Below, piece after piece: positions 44,101 through 57,334 of a stretch of DNA of 64,000 bases. The stretch covers positions 12,958,001 through 13,022,000 of the forward strand of contig OZ024751.1 in NCBI GenBank assembly GCA_964016885.1, in the 5' to 3' direction. Position 1 is the stretch's first letter, and every line of letters starts with the position of its first letter. The position numbers and the translations under genes were made by a program. The DNA comes from Eledone cirrhosa (taxonomy: Eukaryota). The notes under the pieces are model-generated. The model saw nothing but the letters and a program-made list of their open reading frames with translations, was not told the origin of the DNA and searched no databases.

Positions 44101-44587
44101 CGCGCGTGTGTGTCTATGTTTCTGTATATATATATATATATATATATATGTATGAAACTACATTATCTAGCACATACCGGATGATGCTATATAATATACA
44201 TGATAATGTCCTTCTCATGCGAGCAAACCAGTAAAATCACAAGAACACATTAAAAAGAAAAAGATGAAAGACTTTCATAAGATGACAACTGTTAATAAGT
44301 ATTTTCTCCCTTCTCATGTGTTTGATGGGCATGTCGACAACGCCTCCGGAATACCACTGGATGCAACTTGTAAAGTAGAACATTCAAATGGCTTATATAT
44401 ATATATATATATAAATATATATATGTATGTATATGCGTGTGTGTATGTATGTATGGATGGATGGATGTTTGTATGGATGGATGTTTGTATGGATGTGTAT
44501 GTGTGTGTATATGTATGTATATCTGTGTGTGCGTATATGCATGTATTAAAATATATTTACGCATATGTATGTATATATATATATATG

Positions 44588-44618
<31 letters not shown>

Positions 44619-44673
44619 GTATATATGTATATATATATATATGTGTGTGTGTGTATGTGTGGGTGGGTCGGTA

Positions 44674-44724
<51 letters not shown>

Positions 44725-44771
44725 ATATATATATATATATATATAATAGAGAGAGAGAGGGAAAGATAATA

Positions 44772-44817
<46 letters not shown>

Positions 44818-45171
44818 CTCTTCTCTCTCTGCATGTGTTTTTCACACACATGTATGTATGGATGGATGGATACATGTAAGTATGTGTGTGTTTGTACATA
44901 AATGTATATATACATTCTTAGTGCGTTTTTCTCTGTGCGTGCTTTAATACACATCTGCATGTGTGTTTAAATTTATGTATAATTTGTTATTTTCTATTTT
45001 CCATCCTTGACTATCTCTGAAATTCAAGAACCATTCCAGCCCACCTCACCCCTTCCCAAACCTCTATCATACCCTTAGTTTACTTGTTTCTTGTGCATAA
45101 TTCAACAGGAAATGGCCTTTAAAAATGTTATATTTGTATATATACACACATATACATAAGTGCATATATGA

Positions 45172-45233
<62 letters not shown>

Positions 45234-45268
45234 GAGTGTCTTTTTGTGTGCATGTGTGTATATGTATA

Positions 45269-45312
<44 letters not shown>

Positions 45313-45498
45313 CAAGGGGAAGAGTGAGATGGTATCACATTTTCAACTACGTAGATAGATATAGATATATGGATATATGTGTATATTCTTGTGGAATAAG
45401 AGCCTTTAAAAATGAAGTTAAACTGATTTAAAATATACTTCAGTACTTCAGATATATCTTATAATCATTTCTTTATTAGAAATAATACTCCCAATTAA

Positions 45499-46015
45499 TA
45501 ATGCTTTCTACTTAAAGTACTACGCGAGCAATTTGGGGCAGGGGTAAGTCGTTTAAATTGACCTAGTTCTTAACTGGTACTTTATTTTATCGACATTCGT
45601 AGAATAAAAGGAAAAGCTGACCTCGACGGGAATTAAACTCAGAACGTAATAATACGTAAAGAACGTAAAGAGACGCAAAGAAACGTAAAGAATGTAAAGA
45701 AACGTAAATAATGTAAAGAATCGTAAAGAACGTAAAGAGACGTAAATATCGTAAAGAGTCGTAAAACAGACGCAAAGAACATAAAGAGATATAAAGAGCG
45801 TAAAGAGCCGTAAAGAACGTAGAAACGTGAAGAGAGGTAAAGAGGCGTAAATAACGCAAAGACGTAAAGAATGCAAAGAGACGTAAAATGACATAAAGAA
45901 CATAAAGAGACGTAAAGATCATAAAGAGACGTAAAATGACGTAAAGAGGCGGAAAGAACACAAAGAGACGTGAAATGACGTAACGAGGCGTAAAGAACGT
46001 GGAAACGTAAAGCGA
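45499..46015 (-). repeat. Old OK-like SINE whose internal 9-mer expanded into an (AACGTAAAG)n minisatellite
   Basis: SINE body 45499-45648 runs directly into about 40 variants of RACGTAAAG. Confidence 0.8.
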
Positions 46016-46023
46016 ACTAATCT

Positions 46024-46800
46024 AATATTGGTTTTATCTTTTGGCACAAGGCCAGCAATTATCCCAGTACATTACTGGTACTTTATTTTATCGACCCCGT
46101 AAGGATGAAAGGCAAAGTTAACCTCGGTGGTATTTGAACTCGGAAGAGGTATTTGGCATGGCCTTCTAAACATGTAGCCAAACCCACGCCTTTATATACT
46201 CATAATTAATAATTGTTTCTACTTTTGGCACAAGGCCAGCAATTACCCAGTACGTTACTGGTACTTTATTTTATCGACCCCGTAAGGATGAAAGGCACAG
46301 TTAACCTTAGAGGGATTTGAACTCAGATCATAAAGGGACGTAACTATGCTGGAAAGCATGTCCGACCCTCTACCGATACTGCCAATTCACTCATAGTTAA
46401 TAATTGCTTCTAATTTAGGCACAATGCCAACAATTTTGGTATTTTATGTTATCGACCCCGTAAGGAGGAGAGGCAAAGCTAACATCGGCGGGATTTGAAC
46501 TCAGAACATAAAGGGACGTAATTCAAGGCAGCGAAGTATGGTGTCCGACACTTTACCGATACTGCCAATCCACCGCCTTATAATGGTTTCTTATATAGGA
46601 ACAAGGCCAGCAATTTGGGGAGAGGGGAAAAGTCGATTAAATCGACGCCAGTGCGTGACTGGTACTTTATTTTATCGACCCCATAAAGATGAAAGGCAAA
46701 GTTTAACTCGGGGGGATTTGAACTCAGATCATAAAGGGCCATAACTCTATGCTGCAAAGCATGGTGTCCGACGCTCTACCGATTCTGCCAATCCTCCGCC
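46024..46800 (-). mobile_element. Cluster of four OK-like SINEs
   Basis: Four copies of ATCGACCCC..GAAAGGCA.AG..ATTTGAACTC. Confidence 0.9.
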
Positions 46801-46841
46801 TTATAATAAAAATGTTATAAGTACGTACCCACACAACCACG

Positions 46842-46959
<118 letters not shown>

Positions 46960-46980
46960 CGAAAAGGAATAAGAATAGTT

Positions 46981-47096
46981 TTATTCATTATCGAACGCAA
47001 CACATGTTTCGCAAGTGATCAGCTCTAGACTTTAATCGATATAACAAACTGGACTCCACTATCGATCTGTTTGTCAGACGTGGAGACAATGAATAA
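46981..47096 (-). ncRNA. Hammerhead-like motif with branched stem II and long stem I
   Basis: TTATTCATTGTC..ACGT-CTGACAA-[~60 nt]-GC-GAAA-CATGTG-TT-GCGT..GATAATGAATAA; relatives at 6765-6852 (+) and 21248-21350 (-). Confidence 0.5.
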
Positions 47097-47200
47097 AAAT
47101 AATTTAACTTGAAACCTTGTCCCCTCATTCATAATTTATTGAAATAAGAGGAACTAGAAAGAAAGAGGATAGCGAGAAATATGATTGTAAAAAAGTACCA

Positions 47201-47254
<54 letters not shown>

Positions 47255-47255
<1 letters not shown>

Positions 47256-47757
47256 TGTGTATGCATATATATATATATATATGCATGCATATATATATAT
47301 ATGTATGTATGCATATGTATGTATGTATATATATATGTATGTATGCATATGTATGTATGTATATATATATGTATATATGCATATGTATGCATATGTATAT
47401 ATATATATGTATGTATGCATATGTATATATATATGTATGTATGCATATGTATGTATGCATATGTATATATATATGTATGTATGCATATGTATGTATGCAT
47501 ATGTATATGTATATGTATATATGCATATGTATGCATATGTATATGTATATATGCATATGTATGTATATGTATATATGCATATGTATGCATATGTATATAT
47601 ATATATGTATGTATGCATATGTATATATATATATGTATGTATGCATATGTATGTATGTATGCATATGTATGTATGTATGTATGCATATGTATGTATGTAT
47701 GCACAGGTAAGTATGTATGCATATATATATATATGTATGTATGCATATATATGTATG

Positions 47758-47788
<31 letters not shown>
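47255..47788. repeat. (TATG/TGCATA)n microsatellite
   Basis: Direct inspection. Confidence 0.95.
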
Positions 47789-47789
<1 letters not shown>

Positions 47790-47986
47790 ACGAAGGAAAT
47801 GTGGTAAGGAACCAGGCGGACCATAACGCACCAAAGTACTCAATACTTAGGGTAGTAGAGTGGGTAATAGGAACGAGTAGGACCCCGACGGCTGAGCTCA
47901 AGCCGTTTCGACGGCTAATTCTGGACTAGTACAGAATTAGCCGTCGAAACGGCTTGAGCTCAGCCGTCGGGATCCTACTCGTTCCT
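47789..47986 (-). mobile_element. Family A fold-back element
   Basis: Tail-bearing arm 47789-47928; inverted arm 47933-47986 ends TCGTTCC(TA)n. Confidence 0.82.
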
Positions 47987-48012
<26 letters not shown>

Positions 48013-48017
<5 letters not shown>

Positions 48018-48160
48018 AAGTTATATTTAAAATTGTTGGGTTACAACTAGTAAATATTTATAACTGATATAAAAGCATATTGTTAATATGATATCCCCGA
48101 AATATATATAATGAAATAAATATGGTTTTATAAATATAGTTTTCCATTTATTTAATATTG
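48013..48160. mobile_element. Family B two-arm insertion with non-overlapping arms
   Basis: 48015-48078 is an inverted homologue of the 18428-18490 tail; 48090-48160 is the HHR 3' half to the boundary. Confidence 0.7.
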
Positions 48161-48304
48161 TATATATATATATATATATATATATTAAGTAAAAAGAAAT
48201 TCAAACATAAACTGGCGCGAAAGCTGATGTGCTTATTCAGGTGACTGCATCAACCCACCAAATTTCACTCATATATGAAAAAAACAATCTGCGCCCTACT
48301 CGTT

Positions 48305-48349
<45 letters not shown>

Positions 48350-48352
<3 letters not shown>

Positions 48353-48508
48353 AACGAGTAGGATCCCGACGGCTGAGCTCAAGCCGTTTCGACGGCTAAT
48401 TCTGGACTAGTCGGGGTCCTACTCGTTCCTATTACCCACTCTACTACCCTAAGTATTGAGTACTTTGGTGCGTTATGGTCCATCTGGTTCCTTACCACAT
48501 TTCCTTCG

Positions 48509-48510
<2 letters not shown>
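48350..48510 (+). mobile_element. Family A two-arm element
   Basis: Inverted arm 48350-48410; forward arm starts GTCGGGGTCC and carries the tail. Confidence 0.82.
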
Positions 48511-48557
<47 letters not shown>

Positions 48558-48560
<3 letters not shown>

Positions 48561-49354
48561 CTAAAACAGAGAATGTCTGTTTGTCTGTCTGTATGTCTGT
48601 CTGTACAATCACTAAAACTCGAGAACCACCCAACCGATTGTTTTCAAACTTTACACATGTAATAATACTTATGGTCCTATTGAGTGTTCTGAGCAAAAAA
48701 AAAAAATTCTGATTTTCAATGCCCTAGGGACCGCATTAGGTGATTTAGCGATCTCTTTCTCTCTCTCTTAGTCTTTCTCTTTTTAGATAGATACATAGAT
48801 ATTACGTTGCGTCCTTATAATATCTGTCTGCATTACGTCATTATGACGCGGTGTGTGTGTGTGTGTATGTATATATAGTGTGTATATATATATATAGTGT
48901 GTAACGTTTCTCGAAATATTTACTTCTGCGTTCACAGATTTATTATTTTAGTTTCAGAAGATCCCGTTAAGGGTGAAAGCAGCGATTCTTTACTTAAACT
49001 TTAATCTGTTATTTTAATATATATATAATATATTCGTGTACACATATTTTTGCATACACATATAAACAAAAATATTTATTTCGCGGTAAAGTATTGATTT
49101 TGTTCGAACGGAAAAAAACCCCTGGTAATGTACGACGAACTTTTTTTATAAGCACAAAATGTAGACACCATCCAGAGGCCGAGGTATTCCGTACTTCTCT
49201 GTTATTTATATATTCGTGTACAGATATCTTTACATACAGAATAACCAAATATAAACAAACGTATTTACTTCACGAGGCTCGAGAAGGATAAATATATATC
49301 AAATTTATAAGAACCCTAGAGCAAATTTCGAGCAACGCCGGGTCATTCTGCTAG
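48558..49354 (+). mobile_element. Non-autonomous Helitron-like element
   Basis: 5' TACTAAAA..AATG(TCTG)n..AACCGAT..TTCAAACTTT; 3' GCAACGCCGGG..CTGCTAG|T. Confidence 0.65.
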
Positions 49355-49716
49355 TATATACTAAACCGCAACGTCAAAGGAATATAACTGTTTGATATTT
49401 CAAGGGATTATAAACTGATAGGGTTTGTATGTTCTCGAAACTTCGCCAACCTATCTGACAACACACACACACACACACACACATAAATACATACAGGGTG
49501 TCTCCCCCCAAAATATGTATATACACTTCAACAACATTGTAATAAAAATGTATATACCATTTCTATCTGGATGCAGACAGTATTTAATTAAGAGTAGCTG
49601 TTATATGTAATTGGGAGAATACAATAGGAACAGCAACACGAATAAAATGAAACAAGTACGAAAAAAAACCAATGAAGTGGTTTGACATGCAAAACCCACA
49701 TCACCATACCTCCCAC

Positions 49717-50292
<576 letters not shown>

Positions 50293-50578
50293 TGTGTTAC
50301 CTACTTAAATAAAAATACGTTCGGCATTGTTTGCCCTTTCAAAATTGACCTTATATTGATATATGATTAAAGAGATCAAAGTGTTAAGTTCCTAATATAT
50401 AGCTAGGATGTCATTGCTTTAGGCTGTACAATATTTATTTTCGTCATGTAAGCGATATGTTGTACATACATACAACTATACTAAACGTTTACGCACATCC
50501 ACGCACATACGTATACGTACATACTTAGATTTAAACATATATATATATATACATATATATATATACATATATATATAC

Positions 50579-50647
<69 letters not shown>

Positions 50648-50766
50648 ATATTGGGCCACGGCGGAAGCTAACGGAATGTATCCCCTTACTCAATTAACGC
50701 TAACAGAGAAATATGCGCATTCATTATTAAATTAAGGCTTAGAGTTGACCAGCTGCAGATATTTAT

Positions 50767-50945
50767 ATCATCATTCAGCCCCGTCTCTGTGAAGCATAGG
50801 CCATTAATGACCCTACCTCATTGTACATGATCCTGGGCTGCTCTCGCCACCCCCACACCAGTTTGCGTCGAGCTTTCTTAATTCAGCCTCAGTGCCATGC
50901 CTCCTGCTCCTCCCGGGTGGCCAGCCCCTCTTCCTCTTATCCTAC
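50767..50945 (-). mobile_element. RTE LINE extreme 3' end
   Basis: KRKRGWPPG..EAELRKL..W..AAQD..VINGLC, then (ATG)n. Confidence 0.65.
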
Positions 50946-51479
50946 GGATTTTGTGTATGTAAGTGTAGGTGTTTGTGTCTGTGTGTGTGTCTACATAATT
51001 AAGTATGCCTTTTTCCGAAGAGGACCGGAAGAAAGTCACAGTTAAATAAGGCACCACACCACCGCGCCCTAAATGTAGACCCCCACCACTCTTCCCCTTA
51101 CCCTTCCCATTCTTCTCTGACCCCAGAGCACTTTCCCCCCACCCACCCCCGCACACACACTTCATTATCCGTTTTTAAATATCTGTAGAGTTGTTATTTC
51201 AAATAGATTTATTTATGATTTATTTTTATTTTTATTAATAAAACGTCTTAAAATAAGTCACTTGATTCATTAGCAGAGATGGTATAAATTCATTTCATAG
51301 CGAAATTACTTCTAGATAATTCGAAATGTTTCATTTGTTTGAATAAAGAATAATAAAAGAACAGACAGTTCGACAGCAAGATGGAATGAAAGAAAGGCAA
51401 GAAGGTTCATTCTACTGACATGGCTATAAAATTGAGGCTTGTTTGCATAATTGCAAACGAATCGAATGTTATTATTAAT

Positions 51480-51662
51480 TGGATTGGCAGTATCGGTAGA
51501 GGGTCGGACGCCATGCTTTCCAGCATAGTTACGTCCCTTTACGATCTGAGTTCAAATCCCGCCGAGGTTGACTTTGCCTTTCATCCTTACGGAGTCGATA
51601 AAATAGAGTACCAGTAATGCACTGGGTAATTGCTGGCCTTGTGCCTAAAGTAGAAACAATTA
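51480..51662 (+). mobile_element. OK-like SINE
   Basis: A and B boxes; TTATTAAT flanking duplication. Confidence 0.92.
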
Positions 51663-51800
51663 TTAATATTCGAAAAACTCAGATTATATTTATATATATA
51701 TATATATACTCTGGTGCGTTATGGTTCATCTGGTTCCTTACCACAATTCCTTTGTTATATATACATTTATATATATATATATAAATGTAATCTGTGTGTG

Positions 51801-51833
<33 letters not shown>

Positions 51834-51841
51834 AAATGTAA

Positions 51842-51873
<32 letters not shown>

Positions 51874-51924
51874 AATGTAATATGTGTATATATATTATAT
51901 TTATATATATATATAAATGTAATA

Positions 51925-51971
<47 letters not shown>

Positions 51972-51977
<6 letters not shown>

Positions 51978-52398
51978 GGAAAAAATGAAACGAAATTTCA
52001 TTTCTCACTCTTAGTACGGCTGTTACTTAAATATAAGTATGTATACGTACATACATATATGTATAGAGACGTACAATAATATGTATATATATACATACAT
52101 GCACTCATATATATATATGTACGTATGGATTTACCGAACATTTATTATAATGCTCGGTGTGTTTGTAAACAAACATCCCGAATTAAGCCGTACAGTGTTT
52201 AGCAACCATCGTTGCCCTTTTGTTCAACACTGACAAAGGAACGATGTACTAGTTTCAAGCTTATTAGCTATCGTCAGCACCGTATACCTTCCTGCCAGAT
52301 GATTGAACGTCTGAAAGTATATACTTTCCTTATGCATATTAACGGCTGAGCAGCCTAATTTGCATATCGAGTGAGTTAATCGGCCGGGCGCACCGAAA
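51972..52398 (-). mobile_element. ~430-bp HHR-containing non-coding element (retrozyme-like monomer)
   Basis: Homologous to 6045-6630 in permuted order; (TA)n both sides; no coding similarity seen. Confidence 0.75.
52241..52283 (-). ncRNA. Minimal type I hammerhead ribozyme
   Basis: ACGGTG-CTGACGA-TAGC-TAATAA-GCTT-GAAA-CTAG-TA-CATCGT. Confidence 0.8.
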
Positions 52399-52522
52399 TA
52401 TATATATATATATATGTAGGAGGTGAGTAATATTGTAGAACAATAAAACTATGCATATATCAGATAAGTAGTACTCAACAGTTGGTACAACTGGAGTATA
52501 TATAAAGAAGAAATTATATCCC

Positions 52523-53707
52523 TTAATCTAGATACCGGCCTATATTCCCCATACCATAAGGATAATGAGAACCTAAATTATGTTAACTTTAAATCAAACC
52601 AACCTAATAATGTTAAAACTGCTATAGTCAGAAGTGTTGAAAAAAGAATTTCTAATTTATCCTCTAATAAACATATCTTCGATGCTAATGCCAACTATTA
52701 TAATAATGCGTTATCTAGGGCTGGATATCCAGATAAAATTAGATACACTAAGGAAACTAATCTTGGCAGAATTTATAGTAATGTAGCTAGTAATAATCAT
52801 ACCAGTAACATAAAGAGGAGACCTAGATATAAAAATATCCTTTGGTACAACGCTCTCTTCTCTCTTTCCCTTATTAGTAATATCCCTAAATTACTTTTTA
52901 GGGCTTTAGATAACAGCTTCCCCCCTTCACATATATATATAGCAAGATTTTTAATAAGCATACCATTAAATTCTCATACTCCACTACTTCCAACATTTCT
53001 AAAATTATCTCAAGACATAATTCTAAAATATTAAATAACTCATATGCATCCAACCATGAGAGTCATAATAATAACACTAAGGCCCGACGTCAATGTAAAC
53101 TCTAGGCAAAATAACATAAATATAAATACGACGTCAAACGTAACTTTGAGGAATGCTTCAAATAGTAATGTAAATGAGGAAATCTTAGCACCTCCTTTAG
53201 CTAATTCCACCACTCCAGTTCCTATTATAAATAATCCTGGGCCACTTGCAAATAATTCTGTTAATAATCTTAATCGTAAATGCAACTGCCCTATTAGAAC
53301 TAATTGTCCTCTTAGTAATTTCTGTCTCGATAAAAACCTAATATACGAATTTAAAGTGGTAACTAGTACCAATACCTATACCTACATTGGCTCTACTTCT
53401 ACTTCTTTTAAAGAAAGACTCTATAACCATTCTTCTACATTTAAATATCCACTTAAAAGGACCAGCACCGCACTCTATGAACTTATTTGGTCCTTAAAAG
53501 ACAAAACATTAATTACAAAATTTCTTGGCGTAAAATTTGCAACGCTTTACCTTACTCCAATGCTTCAATATCTAGGGTTTGTAATTTATGTCTAGCTGAA
53601 AAATTTACCATTATCTCGAATTTCAACTCTTTAATAAATAGACGTACGGACTTATTTGGTCTTTGTAATCATAAATCTGTTAAGACCTTTCACAAAGTTT
53701 ACAGCTA
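52523..53707 (+). pseudogene. PLE ORF remnant: RT thumb, CxC linker, GIY-YIG endonuclease (frameshifted)
   Basis: LIYEFKV..YIGSTSTSFKERLYNH..STALYELIWSLK / ISWRKI..CNLCLAEK..LINRRTDLFGLCNH; shifts near 52940, 53040 and 53505. Confidence 0.9.
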
Positions 53708-54140
53708 ATGTCCTATAACATATTCCACGAATAACGGTTAATTTTTTACACATATATATTTTCTACACATATATCTTTTCACACATTTTTTCTCACACAT
53801 TTCATTATATTCTACAATGTATTAATTCCCTTTTCTCTGCATTTTAAGCCTTTCATCTCTTTTCCTCTAGTGTCTTAATTTTCGTTCAAACCATCGTAGA
53901 TTTTGTAAACAAACTATGACGTCATATATCTTTCTACATTTATAAACCTTTCTATCAATTTCCTTTATTTACTTGTTGATATAAAATAATAATTGAATAC
54001 TATATCCCACATATATAAATTTTTAATAGTAATTTTTAATTTTGACATAGATAGACTATTCTTACTTTTTATTCTATTCTATCTTATTTTATTTTATTTA
54101 AAAAAACCCTTTTTATAATTATTATAATTATTTTTAATTT

Positions 54141-54330
54141 AGGGTGGTGAATTGGCAGTATCGGTAGAGGGTTGGACGCCATGCTTTCTAGCATAGTTAC
54201 GTCCCTTTACAGTCTGAGTTCAAATCCCGCCGAGGTTAACTTTGCCTTTCATCCTTACGGGGTCGATAAAATAAAGTACCAGTAATGTACTGATAACTGC
54301 TGGCCTTGTGCCTAAAGTAGAAACAATTAT
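54141..54330 (+). mobile_element. OK-like SINE inserted in the PLE 3' UTR
   Basis: Duplicated ATTATAATTATTTTTAATTTA on both sides. Confidence 0.93.
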
Positions 54331-54750
54331 AATTATTTTTAATTTAATTTTATTCTATTTTATTAATACATTTTTAGACTTGTTAATCCAATTTTTAGTA
54401 TTCAAACTCAATATAAAATAATATACCCAGTTTCTATATTCTAGAGCTCTAATATTTGTAATATTAGCACATACACCTCATCAATTTATTTATTTATTTT
54501 TTTAGCCGTTATTTACAACTGTTTTTCTTTTTTGACAGCGTTCTCGATCAAAACTCTCTAATCTCTCTTTCTCTTTCTCTCTCCTCCGTCTTTCTTTCTT
54601 TTTTCCTTTCTTCTATTTCTTTTTTCCTTTTCCCTTCTTCTTTCCTTTTCTTCATTTTTCCTATTTTTTCTCTTCTCTTATATTTTTGTCATATGTAGAC
54701 TGGACACTTTCTTGTTCACAAGTGTTTTTAGGCCTCATATCATGTTACCT

Positions 54751-54820
54751 TATTTTATCTGATGAGAATACAATTTTTGTCCCAGGATGATGTTGTTTTC
54801 GAAATGCGCATAATAAAATA
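54751..54820 (+). ncRNA. Minimal type I hammerhead ribozyme of the PLE pseudo-LTR
   Basis: TATTTTAT-CTGATGA-GAATACAA..TTGTTTTC-GAAA-TGCGCA-TA-ATAAAATA; palindromic loop 3. Confidence 0.9.
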
Positions 54821-55058
54821 TATGGAACTTTTTTAACCATCTTTTAATTTCTTATATATATATATATATATATATATATAATGTATATATATATATATAA
54901 TGTATATATATATATATAGAGAGAGAGAGAGATAACAGTGAAGTAGAATTCAGTAGGTTAGAGGTACCATCAAAATACGTATGACAGTGCTTGTGTAACA
55001 AAAAAAATGAGGTAAACTCTAACATACAGATTGTGCGTGTGTGCTTATGTATGCATGC

Positions 55059-55112
<54 letters not shown>

Positions 55113-55216
55113 GTATATATACTTTGATTACCTGTACAGACAATATTCATTAGAATGCTCTTGAAGAGTGTATACATTTGTTGGAACACCCTGAATATAT
55201 ATATATATATATATAT

Positions 55217-55461
55217 ATAATTGTTTCCACAAATTATCCCAGTGCATTACTGGTACTTTATTTTATCGACCCCGTAATATATATATAATTGTTTCTACTT
55301 TTGGCACAAGGTCAGCAATTACCCAGTACTTTATTTTATCGACCCCGTAAGGATGAAAGGCAAAGTTAACCTCGGCGGGATTTGAACTCAGAATGGCAAG
55401 GGCCATAACTCTATGCGTCAAAGCATAGCGTCCGACCCTCTACCGATACTGCCAATCCACC
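55217..55461 (-). mobile_element. OK-like SINE plus a short 3' fragment
   Basis: Family motifs as above. Confidence 0.88.
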
Positions 55462-55616
55462 ATATATAATGTATGTGTGCATGTAACGTTCTGACGACAC
55501 TTCAAATTCGCTGCAACCCAACTTCTTAGCCTACAACAAAGTGCAATCAAGTCTTACCCTTTCTCCTTAAAACTAGGGACACGTCTAACAATTAAATCCC
55601 TGAAATATAAACAGAA

Positions 55617-55775
55617 AGGCAGCGAATTGGCAGAGTCGTTAAGACGTCAGATAGAATACTTTACGGCGTTCCTTCGACCCCATTGCGTGCTCTGAGTTCA
55701 AATCCCGCCAGGGTCAACTTTGCCTTTCATCCTTTCGAGGTCGATAAAAAAAGTACCAGTCCAGTACTGGGGTTG
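55617..55775 (+). mobile_element. OK-like SINE, divergent subfamily
   Basis: TGGCAGAGTCGTTA, GAGTTCAAATCCCG, CTTTGCCTTTCATCCTTTCG. Confidence 0.85.
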
Positions 55776-56111
55776 ATTCTTCCTCTATGGAAAACATCGG
55801 CTGTGTTCAGACCTGTAGAGGGTTGGGCTCCCCAGACACGCCGTATAACGGTGCCTCAACGACTCCACAAAGTGTTATGGGATCTTTATCCTTATATAAA
55901 CAGATATGATGCTAGCAGATAGACTGTATTTTGAACTAGAGACAATGCTCGATCAGGGCTACGCTGTACATGTTCTTCTTTTTCTTTTCTTTTTCTCATT
56001 ATAATATATAATTTTATTTTAAATATAATTATAATGAAATATAATTCTATATTAATTACGAAAAATATATTAATTATAAAAAACATCTCTCATTACTGAG
56101 TTGAACAGTTT

Positions 56112-56412
56112 ATGGTGATGTTGATGATGATGATGATGATGATGATGGTGATGATAATGATGGTAGTGGTGGTGAGGGTAGTGGTGGTTGAGGTGGGCTT
56201 GGGAGGACAATAATGATGGTGATGATAATGTTGATGATGATGATGATGATGATGATAATCATGATGATAATCATGATGATGATGATGCTGGTGGTGATGA
56301 TGATGAGGATGATAACGAAGAAGGTGATGATAATGATGATGATGATGGTAATCATGATAATGGTGATGATCATGATGGGAAGGAGCAGGAAAAAGATGAC
56401 GATGTTGAGGTT
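56112..56412. repeat. (GAT)n-rich trinucleotide repeat
   Basis: Direct inspection. Confidence 0.92.
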
Positions 56413-56465
56413 ACTAAAGAAAAAGGTTTTAAGAGCAATGATGGCTGATTTTATATAAAACCACC

Positions 56466-56511
<46 letters not shown>

Positions 56512-56521
<10 letters not shown>

Positions 56522-56765
56522 AGATCAAAAGATGGTTAAAAGAGTTCCATGTATTTTATTATGCGCATTTCAAAAACAAATATCATCATGCAAATGTTAT
56601 TGCATGATGATATTTGTTTTTGAAATGCGCATAATAAAATACATGGAACTATTTTAACCATCTTTTGATCTTATATATTATTATTTATACTCCAGTCCTA
56701 CAAACTGTAGAGTGCTACTTATCCGATATCTGCATTGCTTTATTGTACTACAATAAAACTCACCT

Positions 56766-56769
<4 letters not shown>
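56512..56769 (+). mobile_element. Fold-back 3' end of the same PLE family as 52417-54852
   Basis: ~80-bp arms around ~56596; GAAATGCGCATAATAAAATA shared with 54801; tail ends CACCTCC(TA)n. Confidence 0.85.
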
Positions 56770-56831
<62 letters not shown>

Positions 56832-56832
<1 letters not shown>

Positions 56833-57118
56833 AAGGCGGGTAAAATTCCCGAGATCCATGGACGAGTTCTCTCCAGCGGTCTCTGTCCCTCATTATCGCT
56901 GCCATATCCTGCATCTCCAACAGACCAGTGTCTGTCCTTAGGGCATCAACATATGTTAACCTTGGTCTTCCTCTTCTAGTGTGTCCATGTAGGGGCTCCC
57001 AAAGGAGCACTGAGTGCAATGTCAACTCCGGATGTCGGTGAGCATGTCCAGCCAACCTCAGTCTCCTCTGTGTCACTTTTGAGCTGACTCTTGGGATGCT
57101 CCCATACAGCTCTGAGTT
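56832..57118 (-). mobile_element. RTE-type LINE C-terminal fragment between (TA)n tracts
   Basis: ELYG..RRLRLAGHAHRHPE..VLLWEP.HG..RRGRPRLTYVD.L..D..DRDRWR. Confidence 0.88.
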
Positions 57119-57334
57119 TTTATATATATATATATATATATATATAGGTAAAATCACCAATATATATATTTGCTGATCTGTTGAATGAAAAAATAAACAA
57201 AAAATATAATAATAATAATTTATATATATTTTTTTTATTACTTCTGTAAAAAGCAACATATAATAATGACCGCATTTCGTTATGTTGCTGATTTAGCATT
57301 ATTTTGTATATATTATTGTGTCAGGTTTATTGTA

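Larger units (their letters stand above)
52417..54852 (+). mobile_element. Penelope-like retroelement (Hydra-clade-like), 5'-truncated, with inverted tail at the 5' junction
   Basis: RT thumb TGLYSPYHK..YV..SNQP..RISNLSS..NALSRAGY; NILWYN; KIFNKHTIKFSYS; CNC..CPL..CL linker; GIY-YIG; HHR at 54751; 52417-52520 is an inverted homologue of the 56680-56769 tail. Confidence 0.92.

Noticed and set aside
49492-49540. Tc1-like TIR tips (also ~55180-55194) as one large transposon
   Set aside because: The match is too short and diverged to pair them; more likely independent remnants.
56188-56448. Asp-rich acidic protein ORF
   Set aside because: It is a translation of a (GAT)n repeat.
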